Of a DNA stretch of 64,000 nt, positions 9,768 through 18,523 are shown in pieces; within the stretch, counting starts at the first letter, position 1; each line of letters opens with the position of its first letter. A program made the translations under genes and the position numbers. The DNA is from Muribaculaceae bacterium (GTDB lineage: Bacteria > Bacteroidota > Bacteroidia > Bacteroidales > Muribaculaceae): assembly GCA_016281825.1 (NCBI GenBank), contig JAEEJI010000128.1, positions 6,241 to 70,240 of the forward strand, in the 5' to 3' direction. The notes beneath the pieces were generated by a model. That model saw only the letters and a list, made by a program, of their open reading frames with translations, was not told the origin of the DNA and ran no database searches.

Positions 9768-11270
9768 CTATAAACTAGAATGCACTTCATTGCCCTCGAC
9801 ATAGATAGCGCCGAAGGGTCGTGCCGGACACACATACTCGCAGGCACCGCACCCGATACACTTGCTATGGTCGACGGCGGGCACCATGGGTGATTCTTCG
9901 TCATCGGGGTCACTGGGCACCATCATGATGGCCTTGCTGGGGCAGTGCCGCGCGCAGTTGCCGCAGTGGACACCGTCGGTAAGCACCAAGCAGTTTTCCT
10001 TGACCCAGACGGCATGTCCCACCTGAATGGCAGTCTTCTGCGCAGTGTCGATGGGGCGGATGGCTCCCGTGGGACATACCTCGCTGCAGCGGGTGCACTC
10101 GGGCCGGCAGAAGCCGTGCTCATAGCTCAAAGTGGGCTGCATTAGTGTCAACAGGTTACCCGAGGGGCGCAACACATCATTAGGACACTGCGCCACACAC
10201 AACTGGCAGGCAGTGCAGTGACGCGCCATGTGTTTGGCACTGACCGACCCCGGTGGGGTGAGCGGCGTGGTGCGCTTGGGAGGCGTGCGGTCGACAATCT
10301 CAGCCAGACCGCCGTCCACCTTCTTGCCAGCTTGTGCCAGTGCCACATCGGTGGCGACGATGGCACTGCCCAACAGAAATGCTCGCCGCGTAGGGTTCTG
10401 GGAACCCTCAGTCTTCTCACCATTCCCAGTCTTCTCAGTTCTCTCAGCCTTCTCAGTTTTCCCAGGATGCCCATAGTGAAGCGCATCAAAGTTACACTTG
10501 CTCAGGCAGTTGCCACAGGTCACACAACGGGTGTAGTCTATGGTGTGGTTCTCAAAGTCAATACAACTGGCTTTGCAGTTCTTGGAGCAGAGGCTGCACG
10601 AGCGACATTTCTCGGTGTCAAAATAGACCTTGAACCAAGAGAACTTGGCAAGATAGCCCAGAACAGTACCTACCGGGCAGATAGTGTTGCAGTAGGTGCG
10701 TCCGCCCCGCCATGCCAGTATGGCGATGACCACAAAGGTCACCAGTGCGATAAGGAAGGTGGGCAGGCTCTTGAGCCACACTTCCTTGCTATAGAAAGCG
10801 TAGCTCTCGTAGTGCTCTGCAATCGCTGCCAGACCATTGTTACACCAGATGTATAGCGGCTGCAGCAGGTTGTTGACGATGCGGCCATAACTGCTGTAGG
10901 GGGCAAGCAATGCCATCAGCGAACCCAGTCCAGCGACGATAGCCACCACCATGAGCGCGAGCATGACCAGACGCAGCCAGGTCAAGGCGGGAGAATAGGT
11001 AAACCGGTTCTTCTTGCGGTTAAGGTGCGAGACCACATCCTGCATCACACCCAGCGGACAAATGACCGAACAGTAGATTCGGCCAAACACGAGGGTGAGT
11101 AGGACCAGTGCTACGAGCACCACGGCATTCAGCGCCAACACGGCAGGTAGGAACTGAACCTTTGCCATCCAGCCCAACCAATGGTGTAGTGTGCCCGTGA
11201 AGTCTAGCAACAGCAGTGTGATTCCCACAAAGAACAACACCGCAAGGGTGATTCTGATTTTACGTAGCAT
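9768..11270 (-). CDS. membrane polyferredoxin (NapH/MauN-like plus NapG/MauM-like 4Fe-4S domains)
   Basis: GRIYCSVICPLG and GRTYCNTICPVG motifs, several CxxCxxCxxxCP clusters, internal TRRAFL. Confidence 0.88.
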   Translation of the reverse strand: MLRKIRITLAVLFFVGITLLLLDFTGTLHHWLGWMAKVQFLPAVLALNAVVLVALVLLTLVFGRIYCSVICPLGVMQDVVSHLNRKKNRFTYSPALTWLRLVMLALMVVAIVAGLGSLMALLAPYSSYGRIVNNLLQPLYIWCNNGLAAIAEHYESYAFYSKEVWLKSLPTFLIALVTFVVIAILAWRGGRTYCNTICPVGTVLGYLAKFSWFKVYFDTEKCRSCSLCSKNCKASCIDFENHTIDYTRCVTCGNCLSKCNFDALHYGHPGKTEKAERTEKTGNGEKTEGSQNPTRRAFLLGSAIVATDVALAQAGKKVDGGLAEIVDRTPPKRTTPLTPPGSVSAKHMARHCTACQLCVAQCPNDVLRPSGNLLTLMQPTLSYEHGFCRPECTRCSEVCPTGAIRPIDTAQKTAIQVGHAVWVKENCLVLTDGVHCGNCARHCPSKAIMMVPSDPDDEESPMVPAVDHSKCIGCGACEYVCPARPFGAIYVEGNEVHSSL

Positions 11271-11309
11271 CCGATATATAATTAAGAATTGAGAATTATG
11301 AATTATGAA

Positions 11310-12146
11310 TTATGCATTATGAATTAGGTAGAGCGCCACACTGTCATCGGTATTGGGGCCGATGACCTCGTCTGCAGCAGCGAGGAGGGTAGGAACGGCA
11401 TTTGCTACTGCCACACCATGGTCTGCCGCTTGGAGCAAGGGCAGGTCGTTATCGTTGTCTCCAAACGCCACTATGCGGTCAGCCCCCACCAACTGCGCCA
11501 CGCGACGCACTGCCGCGGCTTTGTCGCTGCCAGCCGCATAGACCTCTAGTAATGCCAACTGTTTGTCGTTGTTGTCATAGTATAGGATGGGCGAACAGTT
11601 GACATGCTGCACCTCGCGGTAGACGCGCTCGAGAGCGTCGCCGTGCGACATGGCGAAGATGAGCATCGTCGCGTCGTCGCTGGTGTGGTAGTCTGCATCA
11701 TCAAGCAGGAAACGCTTGTAGGGCGTGTAGCGACGCGCCTCAACAAACTCATGTTCTACCTGGCTAAGCGTTCCATAGTGGTGCGTGTGGATAAGGTTGC
11801 CGTGCTGGCGGTATACAAAGGGACGTACACCATGCCGCTCAAAAATAGCGCACACTTGTGTCACTAGATTGGGCGGGATGGCTTGAACTTGCTCAATGCG
11901 GTGCGCTATGGGATTCCACAACGCCGCACCTGACAGTATGATGAAGGGCAATGTCGCATGGATGCCGCTCATCAACGGCACAACAGTCGCAGTGGTGCGC
12001 GCTGTAGCCACCGTGAACAATAGCCCACGATGGTCAATCAGGTCGTTGAGGATGTCGGCAGTGCGCTGGCTCACATGAGAATCGGCACCCATCAGCGTCC
12101 CATCCATGTCGCTCACATAGAGTGTCTTGTTAGTCACTTCTTTCAT
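11310..12146 (-). CDS. Cof-type HAD-IIB hydrolase
   Basis: SDMDGTL, VATAR, DKAAA, AFGDNDNDLPL..ANA; start refined to ATG 12146 downstream of TACATTTG. Confidence 0.9.
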   Translation of the reverse strand: MKEVTNKTLYVSDMDGTLMGADSHVSQRTADILNDLIDHRGLLFTVATARTTATVVPLMSGIHATLPFIILSGAALWNPIAHRIEQVQAIPPNLVTQVCAIFERHGVRPFVYRQHGNLIHTHHYGTLSQVEHEFVEARRYTPYKRFLLDDADYHTSDDATMLIFAMSHGDALERVYREVQHVNCSPILYYDNNDKQLALLEVYAAGSDKAAAVRRVAQLVGADRIVAFGDNDNDLPLLQAADHGVAVANAVPTLLAAADEVIGPNTDDSVALYLIHNA

Positions 12147-12334
12147 CAATAGGGTGCAAATGTACGAAAAATTTGTGCATGGTGAGCGCAAAACAAAATA
12201 AAAGACGAAGTTTTTTCTTTTTTTGACGCAGCCAAATTTAGATAAAAAAGGCGAAGATGCAAACTCTTGTGACAAAATGTTTGCAACTTCGCTTTATTCT
12301 ATAGCATTCAGCTCTAGCGTTTACCTTCTTTTGG

Positions 12335-13474
12335 TTAGCCCTTTAAGATGTCATGATAAAGTGTGTCCAACTCTCGTGCCAATCTCTCGTGTGTGAAACG
12401 CAGGATGTTCTGTTTGCCGGCAGCAATGAGTTTTTGACGCAAATCGGCATCGGTAAGAATGTTATCAAGATGACTCGTCAATGTGGCGATATCGTCGGGG
12501 TCAAAGAAGAGTGCAGCATCGCCGGCGGCCTCCTCCTGACTTGTGCCACGAGTGGTGATGACGGGAACGCCGCACGCTTGAGCCTCGATGACAGTGAGCC
12601 CGAACCCTTCCATGCGTGAGGGAGCCACCAACCCCTCGGCCAAATGGTAGAGCGATACCATGTCGCCAGCATGTGCGCGAGTGATGTGCAGCAAGCGGTG
12701 TAACAGGTGATGACGTTCGGCGTATGGGTGCAGCACATTGCGATAATAGTCGGTCTCTCCACCCAGCAGCACCAAATTGATGTCACGGTCTTGCATTTGC
12801 TCCATCGCTTGCATAACGGCCAGCACATTCTTGTGCTCAAGTAGTGATGACACCACTAGAATATAGCGCTTTGGTAGTTTGTACTTGCTGCGAACTGCAT
12901 CAAGTTCGGCGCCAATGATGTTGTCAGTCTGGAAGCGGCGGTCAACGGCGGGGTAAATGACATGGACACGTTCACGGTCGACGCCAAGCAACTCAACGAG
13001 ATGTTCTCGGGTGTGTTCGCTGGTGGTGACGATGGCATCGGCCAAACGGCATGCCTGACGGGTGTTGAAGGCACGCTTTGTGCGGTCCAACCAGCTATAA
13101 TCCTTGGGATATTTAGCATAGGCCAGTGAATGGATGGTCACCACGGCGCGGGCATGTGACGAACCGATGCCTAACGGCAGGCGTCCGGCAAGGCCGTGAT
13201 ACAAATGCACATGATGGCGTTTCAGCTCCTCGACGATACCCTTCCAATTCATCCACAAGTGCTTGTTCAGCGTCTTGCGGGGTTGCTTGATGATGACGTT
13301 GGCTTGAGTGACAAGCGTAGTGGCTGTGCCGCGCTTCTCAATCCAAGGCGTATACACATAAATCTTGTGTCGGGGAAAACACTCAGCAATAGCGTCAACC
13401 ACAATCTTACTGTAGTTGCCTTCGGTGGTATTATTTTTCAATATGGCGTATGAGCCGTCTAGTCCGATATTCAT
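12335..13474 (-). CDS. glycosyltransferase family 4 (GT-B)
   Basis: VVTIHSL, HKNV, PSRMEGFGLTVIEAQACGVPVI. Confidence 0.9.
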   Translation of the reverse strand: MNIGLDGSYAILKNNTTEGNYSKIVVDAIAECFPRHKIYVYTPWIEKRGTATTLVTQANVIIKQPRKTLNKHLWMNWKGIVEELKRHHVHLYHGLAGRLPLGIGSSHARAVVTIHSLAYAKYPKDYSWLDRTKRAFNTRQACRLADAIVTTSEHTREHLVELLGVDRERVHVIYPAVDRRFQTDNIIGAELDAVRSKYKLPKRYILVVSSLLEHKNVLAVMQAMEQMQDRDINLVLLGGETDYYRNVLHPYAERHHLLHRLLHITRAHAGDMVSLYHLAEGLVAPSRMEGFGLTVIEAQACGVPVITTRGTSQEEAAGDAALFFDPDDIATLTSHLDNILTDADLRQKLIAAGKQNILRFTHERLARELDTLYHDILKG

Positions 13475-13640
13475 GTTACTCTAAAATGATTTTTTCTAGA
13501 AGTGCCGACAAAGGTAGTATGTTTTTTTCTTTCCACCAAAATATCTGTATATTTTTTATTTTTTATCACACAACAGCGCAGCTCATAAGAATAGTCACTA
13601 TGCTGAAATCATCGCCATTAAAAATATGTAGCAAGGCAGA

Positions 13641-13731
13641 CAATTCTTAATTCTCCATTCTCAATTCTTAATTCTCCATTCTCAATTCTCAATTCTCAAT
13701 TTTCCATTCTCAATTAAAAATAGTACCTTTG
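13641..13731 (+). repeat. ~10 heptamer units (aattctc/cattctc/aattctt) abutting a -7 promoter box
   Basis: 7-bp periodic tract 13641-13715 followed by TACCTTTG at 13724-13731. Confidence 0.85.
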
Positions 13732-13771
13732 CGGCGCAGAAAACCAAAACCATAAACATAACAACCAAGAC

Positions 13772-15478
13772 ATGAGCAACAAACGACAAATCGTGGAATG
13801 CGTGCCCAACTTCAGCGAGGGCCGCAACATGGACACCATCAAACAAATCACCGATGTCATCCGCCGCGCTAGCGGCGTGAAACTGCTGGACGTAGACCCA
13901 GGAGAGGCCACCAACCGCACCGTGGTCACCTTTGTCGGCGACCCGGCTTCGGTGGTTGAGACCGCCTTCCAGGCTGTGAAGAAGGCCGGCGAACTGATTG
14001 ACATGCGACAGCACCACGGGGCACATCCCCGCATGGGTGCCACCGACGTGTGCCCACTTATCCCCGTGGCAGGCATCACCCTCGAGGAATGTGCCGCACT
14101 GGCACGTAAACTAGCCGAGCGCATCGCCAACGAGGCAGGCATACCGTGCTACTGCTATGAGGCTGCCGCGTTCACTCCAGAACGTCGCAACCTAGCCATC
14201 TGCCGCCAGGGCGAGTATGAGGCACTGGCCGAGAAACTCTCGACTCCAGGCAAGCAGCCCGACTTCGGTGCCCGTCCGCTCGATGAGCAAGTAGCCCGCA
14301 CGGGTTGCACAGCCGTCGGAGCGCGCGACTTCCTCATCGCCACCAACTTCAACCTCAACACCACGTCGACCCGACGCGCCAATGCCATCGCGTTTGACGT
14401 GCGCGAGAAAGGACGTCCCGTGCGTGAAGGAAATCCCATCACCGGCACGCCCAAGAAGGACGAGAACGGTAACGTCATCATGCAGCCCGGCACCCTCAAG
14501 GGCACCAAGGCCATCGGATGGTATATCGACGAGTATAAGATTGCGCAGGTGTCGATGAATATCACCGACATCAACCAGACACCGCTGCACATAGCATTCG
14601 ACGAGGTGTGCCGCTGTGCACAGAACCGCGGCGTGCGTGTCACGGGTACCGAGATTGTAGGCCTGATTCCCAAGCGCACGCTGATTGAGGCCGGCAAGTA
14701 CTTCCTTGAGAAGCAACACCGCTCGACGGGCATCCCCGAGGCCGACATCATCGACATCGCCATCCATTCGATGGGACTGGATGACCTCAAGCCCTTCGAC
14801 CCACAGGAGAAGGTGATTGAGTTCATGCTCGACGCCGACGAGAACGCCGCCAAGAAGTTGGTCGACCTCACCGTCAAGGGCTTTGCCGAGGAGACCTCGC
14901 GCGAATCGCCCGCACCGGGTGGTGGCACGATTGCCGCCTACATGGGCGCGCTGGGTGCCGCGCTGGGCGGCATGGTCGCCAACCTGAGCAGCCACAAGCC
15001 CGGATGGGACGACCGCTGGCACGAGTTCAGCGTGTGGGCCGACAAGGGACAGGCGCTGATGACCGAACTACTGCATCTGGTCGATGAGGACACACAGGCG
15101 TTCAACCGCATCATGGCGGCCTTCGGTATGCCCAAGAAGACCGACGAGGACAAGGCAGCGCGCAGTGCCGCCATCCAGGAGGCGACGCTCTATGCCACCC
15201 AGGTGCCTTTGCGCACGATGAAAGAGTCGTTCCAGGTGTTCGAGCTGTGCCGCGCCATGGCCGAGCAGGGCAACCCCAACAGCGTGAGTGATGCCGGTGT
15301 GGGCGCACTCGCTGCCCGCGCTGCCGTGCTGGGAGCTGGCATGAACGTCAAGATCAACGCCGGGTCGCTCAAGGACCGTGCCGTCGCCGAGGCGCTCATC
15401 GCCGAAGCCAACGACCTCATCGCCCGTGCCAACGCCGAAGAGGCCGAGATTACCCGCATCGTCGAGGCGAAGCTTTGA
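13772..15478 (+). CDS. ftcD: glutamate formimidoyltransferase-cyclodeaminase (bifunctional)
   Basis: VECVPNFSEGR, HPRMGATDVCP, AQVSMN, cyclodeaminase SPAPGGG and GNPNSVSDAGV. Confidence 0.95.
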   Translation: MSNKRQIVECVPNFSEGRNMDTIKQITDVIRRASGVKLLDVDPGEATNRTVVTFVGDPASVVETAFQAVKKAGELIDMRQHHGAHPRMGATDVCPLIPVAGITLEECAALARKLAERIANEAGIPCYCYEAAAFTPERRNLAICRQGEYEALAEKLSTPGKQPDFGARPLDEQVARTGCTAVGARDFLIATNFNLNTTSTRRANAIAFDVREKGRPVREGNPITGTPKKDENGNVIMQPGTLKGTKAIGWYIDEYKIAQVSMNITDINQTPLHIAFDEVCRCAQNRGVRVTGTEIVGLIPKRTLIEAGKYFLEKQHRSTGIPEADIIDIAIHSMGLDDLKPFDPQEKVIEFMLDADENAAKKLVDLTVKGFAEETSRESPAPGGGTIAAYMGALGAALGGMVANLSSHKPGWDDRWHEFSVWADKGQALMTELLHLVDEDTQAFNRIMAAFGMPKKTDEDKAARSAAIQEATLYATQVPLRTMKESFQVFELCRAMAEQGNPNSVSDAGVGALAARAAVLGAGMNVKINAGSLKDRAVAEALIAEANDLIARANAEEAEITRIVEAKL

Positions 15479-15498
15479 CATCATGCCGCATCATAAAG

Positions 15499-15532
15499 AA
15501 TCTGCCGACTTTCCCGAGTTGGCAGATTTTTT
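15499..15532 (+). terminator. intrinsic terminator of ftcD
   Basis: aatctgccgact-ttcccg-agttggcagatt followed by a T-run. Confidence 0.75.
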
Positions 15533-15807
15533 CTTGGAATTGTCAAATATCTGAAGACAACAAGGACAATAAACTTAGGCAACTATATACCTGTTGTCCC
15601 TTAATACAAATGTCCCAGCCAAATGTGAATCACACACTCCTCCGTCGCTTCGCGACACCTCCCTTAACTTAGAGGAGGGCTTGTGTATCAGCAACTTATT
15701 TTCGTCGAACTCACGTTAAATTTAACCGCGAAGCACGCGAAACTTATTTGTCTTTTTGTTCTTATGTCTAGATTTTGTTGTAAATTTGCATCCCAAATGA
15801 TGTGACG

Positions 15808-17124
15808 ATGAAACGACAATTGACGATATGGATGGTGTGTCTGCAGACCGTGGTGGCGTGGGGCGGACACATCCTGATTGACGGGAGCTACACCAGCCCC
15901 GAGGGCAGCATCTACCCCGGCACCACCCGCACCTTCCAGGTGTATGTCCCCGACCAGTATGACGGCACGGTGGCCGCCTGCCTCTATGTGGGGCTGGACG
16001 GCGTGCTGTGCAACGCCCCAGCCGTGATGGACTCGCTCATCTCCATCAAGAAGATGCCTGTGACCATCGGCATCTTCTTGCAGCCCGGCGTCATCCGCGA
16101 CGCCCAGGGCGAGGTCATCCGCTACAACCGCAGCAACGAGTTTGACATGCCCGACGGTACGTTTGCACGGTTCCTTGACGAGCAGCTGCTGCCCCATGTG
16201 TTGGCAACATCGACTCCCGACGGACGACCACTGCGCATCAGCCACCGTGGCAACGACCACATGATCTTCGGGTTGAGCAGCGGCGGCATCTGTGCGTTCG
16301 TGGCCGCTTGGCACCGCCCCGACCTGTTCGCACGTGTGTTCAGCGGGGTGGGTACCTTCGTGGCGATGCGCGGCGGCAACGACCTGCAGGCCATTGTGCG
16401 CAAGCACGAGCCCAAGGCCCTGCGCATCTTCCTGCAAGACGGCACCAACGATGTGTGGAACCCGCTGTTCGGGCACTGGTACGAGGGCAACCGCATGCTC
16501 GCTTCGGCTCTGAAGTTTGCGGGCTACGACTGCGACTTCGACTGGAGCGACGGTGGGCACAACGTCAAGCGGTCGACCGAGATTTTCGCCCAGGTGATGG
16601 AGTGGATGTGGCGCGACTGGCCCCGTCCCATCGCGGCGGGCACCACACAAAACGACTTCCTCGCCCCACTGCTCATCCCTGGCGAGGGGTGGGAACTGGG
16701 ACCCGAAGAAGATTTTTGTGCCCATCCCGCCGCCACCTACAACGCCGACAGTTCGCTGCTAGTAGTGTCCGCCAACCCCTTTGCGAACTGCTTGAGGCAA
16801 ACGGTTATTATCGATGGCAAGGCCTGTGCAGACCAAGATTTCTACTGGCTGCACAGCTATGACAATCAGAATCTTTCCATTTGGGACCAAGCCTTTGATG
16901 GCGACGGCAACCTGTGGGTAGTAACTAGCGCCGGGATTCAGATTTGTGACCAAAATGGCCGTGTACGTGCTATCTTAGAATCACCTATTCGTGACCATCT
17001 TGCAAACATTACGATTGAGGATGGCTTAGTCAAGTTGCGCGACCGGAGTTTCACCTACACCCGCAAGCTCAACGTCAAGGCTCCAATCCCCGGTGTGCGC
17101 CCCAAGAGCCAAGGACAAGGGTAA
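15808..17124 (+). CDS. alpha/beta-hydrolase (Fes-like esterase) with partial SMP-30/gluconolactonase C-terminus
   Basis: Signal peptide, VYVPDQYD, NRSNEFD, nucleophile GLSSGG, GGH; C-terminal DGDGNLWV..GIQICDQNGRV. Confidence 0.8.
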   Translation: MKRQLTIWMVCLQTVVAWGGHILIDGSYTSPEGSIYPGTTRTFQVYVPDQYDGTVAACLYVGLDGVLCNAPAVMDSLISIKKMPVTIGIFLQPGVIRDAQGEVIRYNRSNEFDMPDGTFARFLDEQLLPHVLATSTPDGRPLRISHRGNDHMIFGLSSGGICAFVAAWHRPDLFARVFSGVGTFVAMRGGNDLQAIVRKHEPKALRIFLQDGTNDVWNPLFGHWYEGNRMLASALKFAGYDCDFDWSDGGHNVKRSTEIFAQVMEWMWRDWPRPIAAGTTQNDFLAPLLIPGEGWELGPEEDFCAHPAATYNADSSLLVVSANPFANCLRQTVIIDGKACADQDFYWLHSYDNQNLSIWDQAFDGDGNLWVVTSAGIQICDQNGRVRAILESPIRDHLANITIEDGLVKLRDRSFTYTRKLNVKAPIPGVRPKSQGQG

Positions 17125-17345
17125 TGGCAGATGATAGATTACTGATTACAGGTAATGCACAATGATTCATCGATTGTTCTGACCAAAACTTCCCCTCCCC
17201 TTTGGGAAAGGGGAGGGGAAGTTGAGGAGATTTTTTAGAATCGCTGAACAGCTACAAACATGCGCCGCCGCGTTAAAGTTTGTTAATTGTTGACATTTCG
17301 CTTGCTCTAAAACTATGTTGCAGAGCATTTTTTACTACTTTTGTA

Positions 17346-17419
17346 TGTGTTTTTCATAGTATAAGATTTAAGGTTAATAAGAAAGTGCTTGTCGTGAGAC
17401 AGGCACTTTTTCTTTTTTA
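17346..17419 (+). ncRNA. candidate ~75-nt sRNA
   Basis: TACTTTTG box at 17336-17343, AU-rich single-stranded part, terminator aaagtgcttgtc-gtga-gacaggcacttt plus T-run; no ORF. Confidence 0.6.
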
Positions 17420-17543
17420 TCACACTAGTACACAATCGATTAACTAAGCACTCAAGCCCATTTCACACACCTGCCATCGCATCACAACTTGCAATTATTC
17501 ACCAAAATTTTGCCATTTCAATAAATAGTATTACATTTGCAGC

Positions 17544-17716
17544 CGAAAAAGCGTGTGAACTCTAAGATTAAGCTGGTCACTCGTGACCAACTAGAGAAAA
17601 TCATTTAGTCTAAATTTCCCTATGTCGCATGCAGAGGCGTAGCATGGGAATGTGAAAACTCTTGATGATTGCGACACGATGAAGGCATACCTCCCCAAAG
17701 GCATGCCTTCATTTTT
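17544..17716 (+). ncRNA. candidate ~170-nt structured RNA (possibly Bacteroidales-1-like)
   Basis: TACATTTG at 17532-17539; nested stems (cgtgt/acacg, ctcta/tagag, tggtcac/gtgacca, aatcat/atgatt, ttccc/gggaa); terminator atgaaggcat..atgccttcat plus T-run. Confidence 0.6.
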
Positions 17717-17800
17717 GAATTCGCCCCCCTCAGTCCCCTCTAAGAGGGGGAGGCAAGATTCTCTGCCAGCGTGTAGCGCGATCCGCCAGTCCGCAGGACA

Positions 17801-17852
17801 GTCTACCAGCGAAGCGGTCTACCAATAAAATGGTCTACCAGCGAAGCGGTCT
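17801..17852 (+). repeat. GGTCTACCA / GCGAAGC mini-hairpin repeat
   Basis: gtctaccagcgaagcggtct occurs twice; related copies at 18414-18435, 19973-20044 and 22709-22748. Confidence 0.7.
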
Positions 17853-17861
17853 TAAAATAGT

Positions 17862-18416
17862 ATGAAGAAGAAAACAATGCTCGAGCTGCATCGCATCGAT
17901 GCCGAGCAATATAGCCAAACAGCGAAGCTGCCCATCACCATCGTGCTGGACAATGTGCGCAGCGAGATGAATGTGGGCAGTGTGTTCCGCACGGCCGACG
18001 CGTTCCTGATTGAACGGATATGCCTGTGCGGCATCACCGCCGTGCCACCCAAACCCGAGATTCACAAGACAGCGCTGGGTGCCGAGGACACCGTTCCCTG
18101 GAGCCACTACCCCACCGCATTGGCCGCCATTGACGACCTGCGGCAGCAAGGCTACCGCATCTGCTCAATCGAACAAGTGCACGGCAGCGTCAGTCTGGAG
18201 CAGTTCCAGCCCCAACCCGATGAAAAGCTAGCGATTATCCTAGGCAACGAAGTCAAGGGTGTGGCGCAGGAGGCGGTCGATGCCAGCGACTGCTGCATCG
18301 AGATACCGCAGTATGGCACCAAGCACTCGCTCAACATCGCCAACACCGCCGCCATCGTGATATGGCAACTCTTCGTAAAAATGAAGTTTCAGGTTCTCCC
18401 CCTAAAGGGAGAATAG
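17862..18416 (+). CDS. TrmH/SpoU-family RNA methyltransferase
   Basis: VLDNVRSEMNVGSVFRTADAF, GNEVKGV, IEIPQYGTKHSLNIA (SPOUT motifs). Confidence 0.92.
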   Translation: MKKKTMLELHRIDAEQYSQTAKLPITIVLDNVRSEMNVGSVFRTADAFLIERICLCGITAVPPKPEIHKTALGAEDTVPWSHYPTALAAIDDLRQQGYRICSIEQVHGSVSLEQFQPQPDEKLAIILGNEVKGVAQEAVDASDCCIEIPQYGTKHSLNIANTAAIVIWQLFVKMKFQVLPLKGE

Positions 18417-18457
18417 ACCGTCCTACGGACTGGTATTTTTACGCGTTGAAAGTACAC

Positions 18458-18492
18458 ACAAAGGGCTTCGCCTTGCTGGCGAAGCCCTTTGT
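18458..18492. terminator. terminator between convergent trmH-like and capsid-like genes
   Basis: Perfect 15-bp stem acaaagggcttcgcc / ggcgaagccctttgt. Confidence 0.8.
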
Positions 18493-18523
18493 ATTTGGAT
18501 GAGTGGGGCGAGGGATGGGTGGC

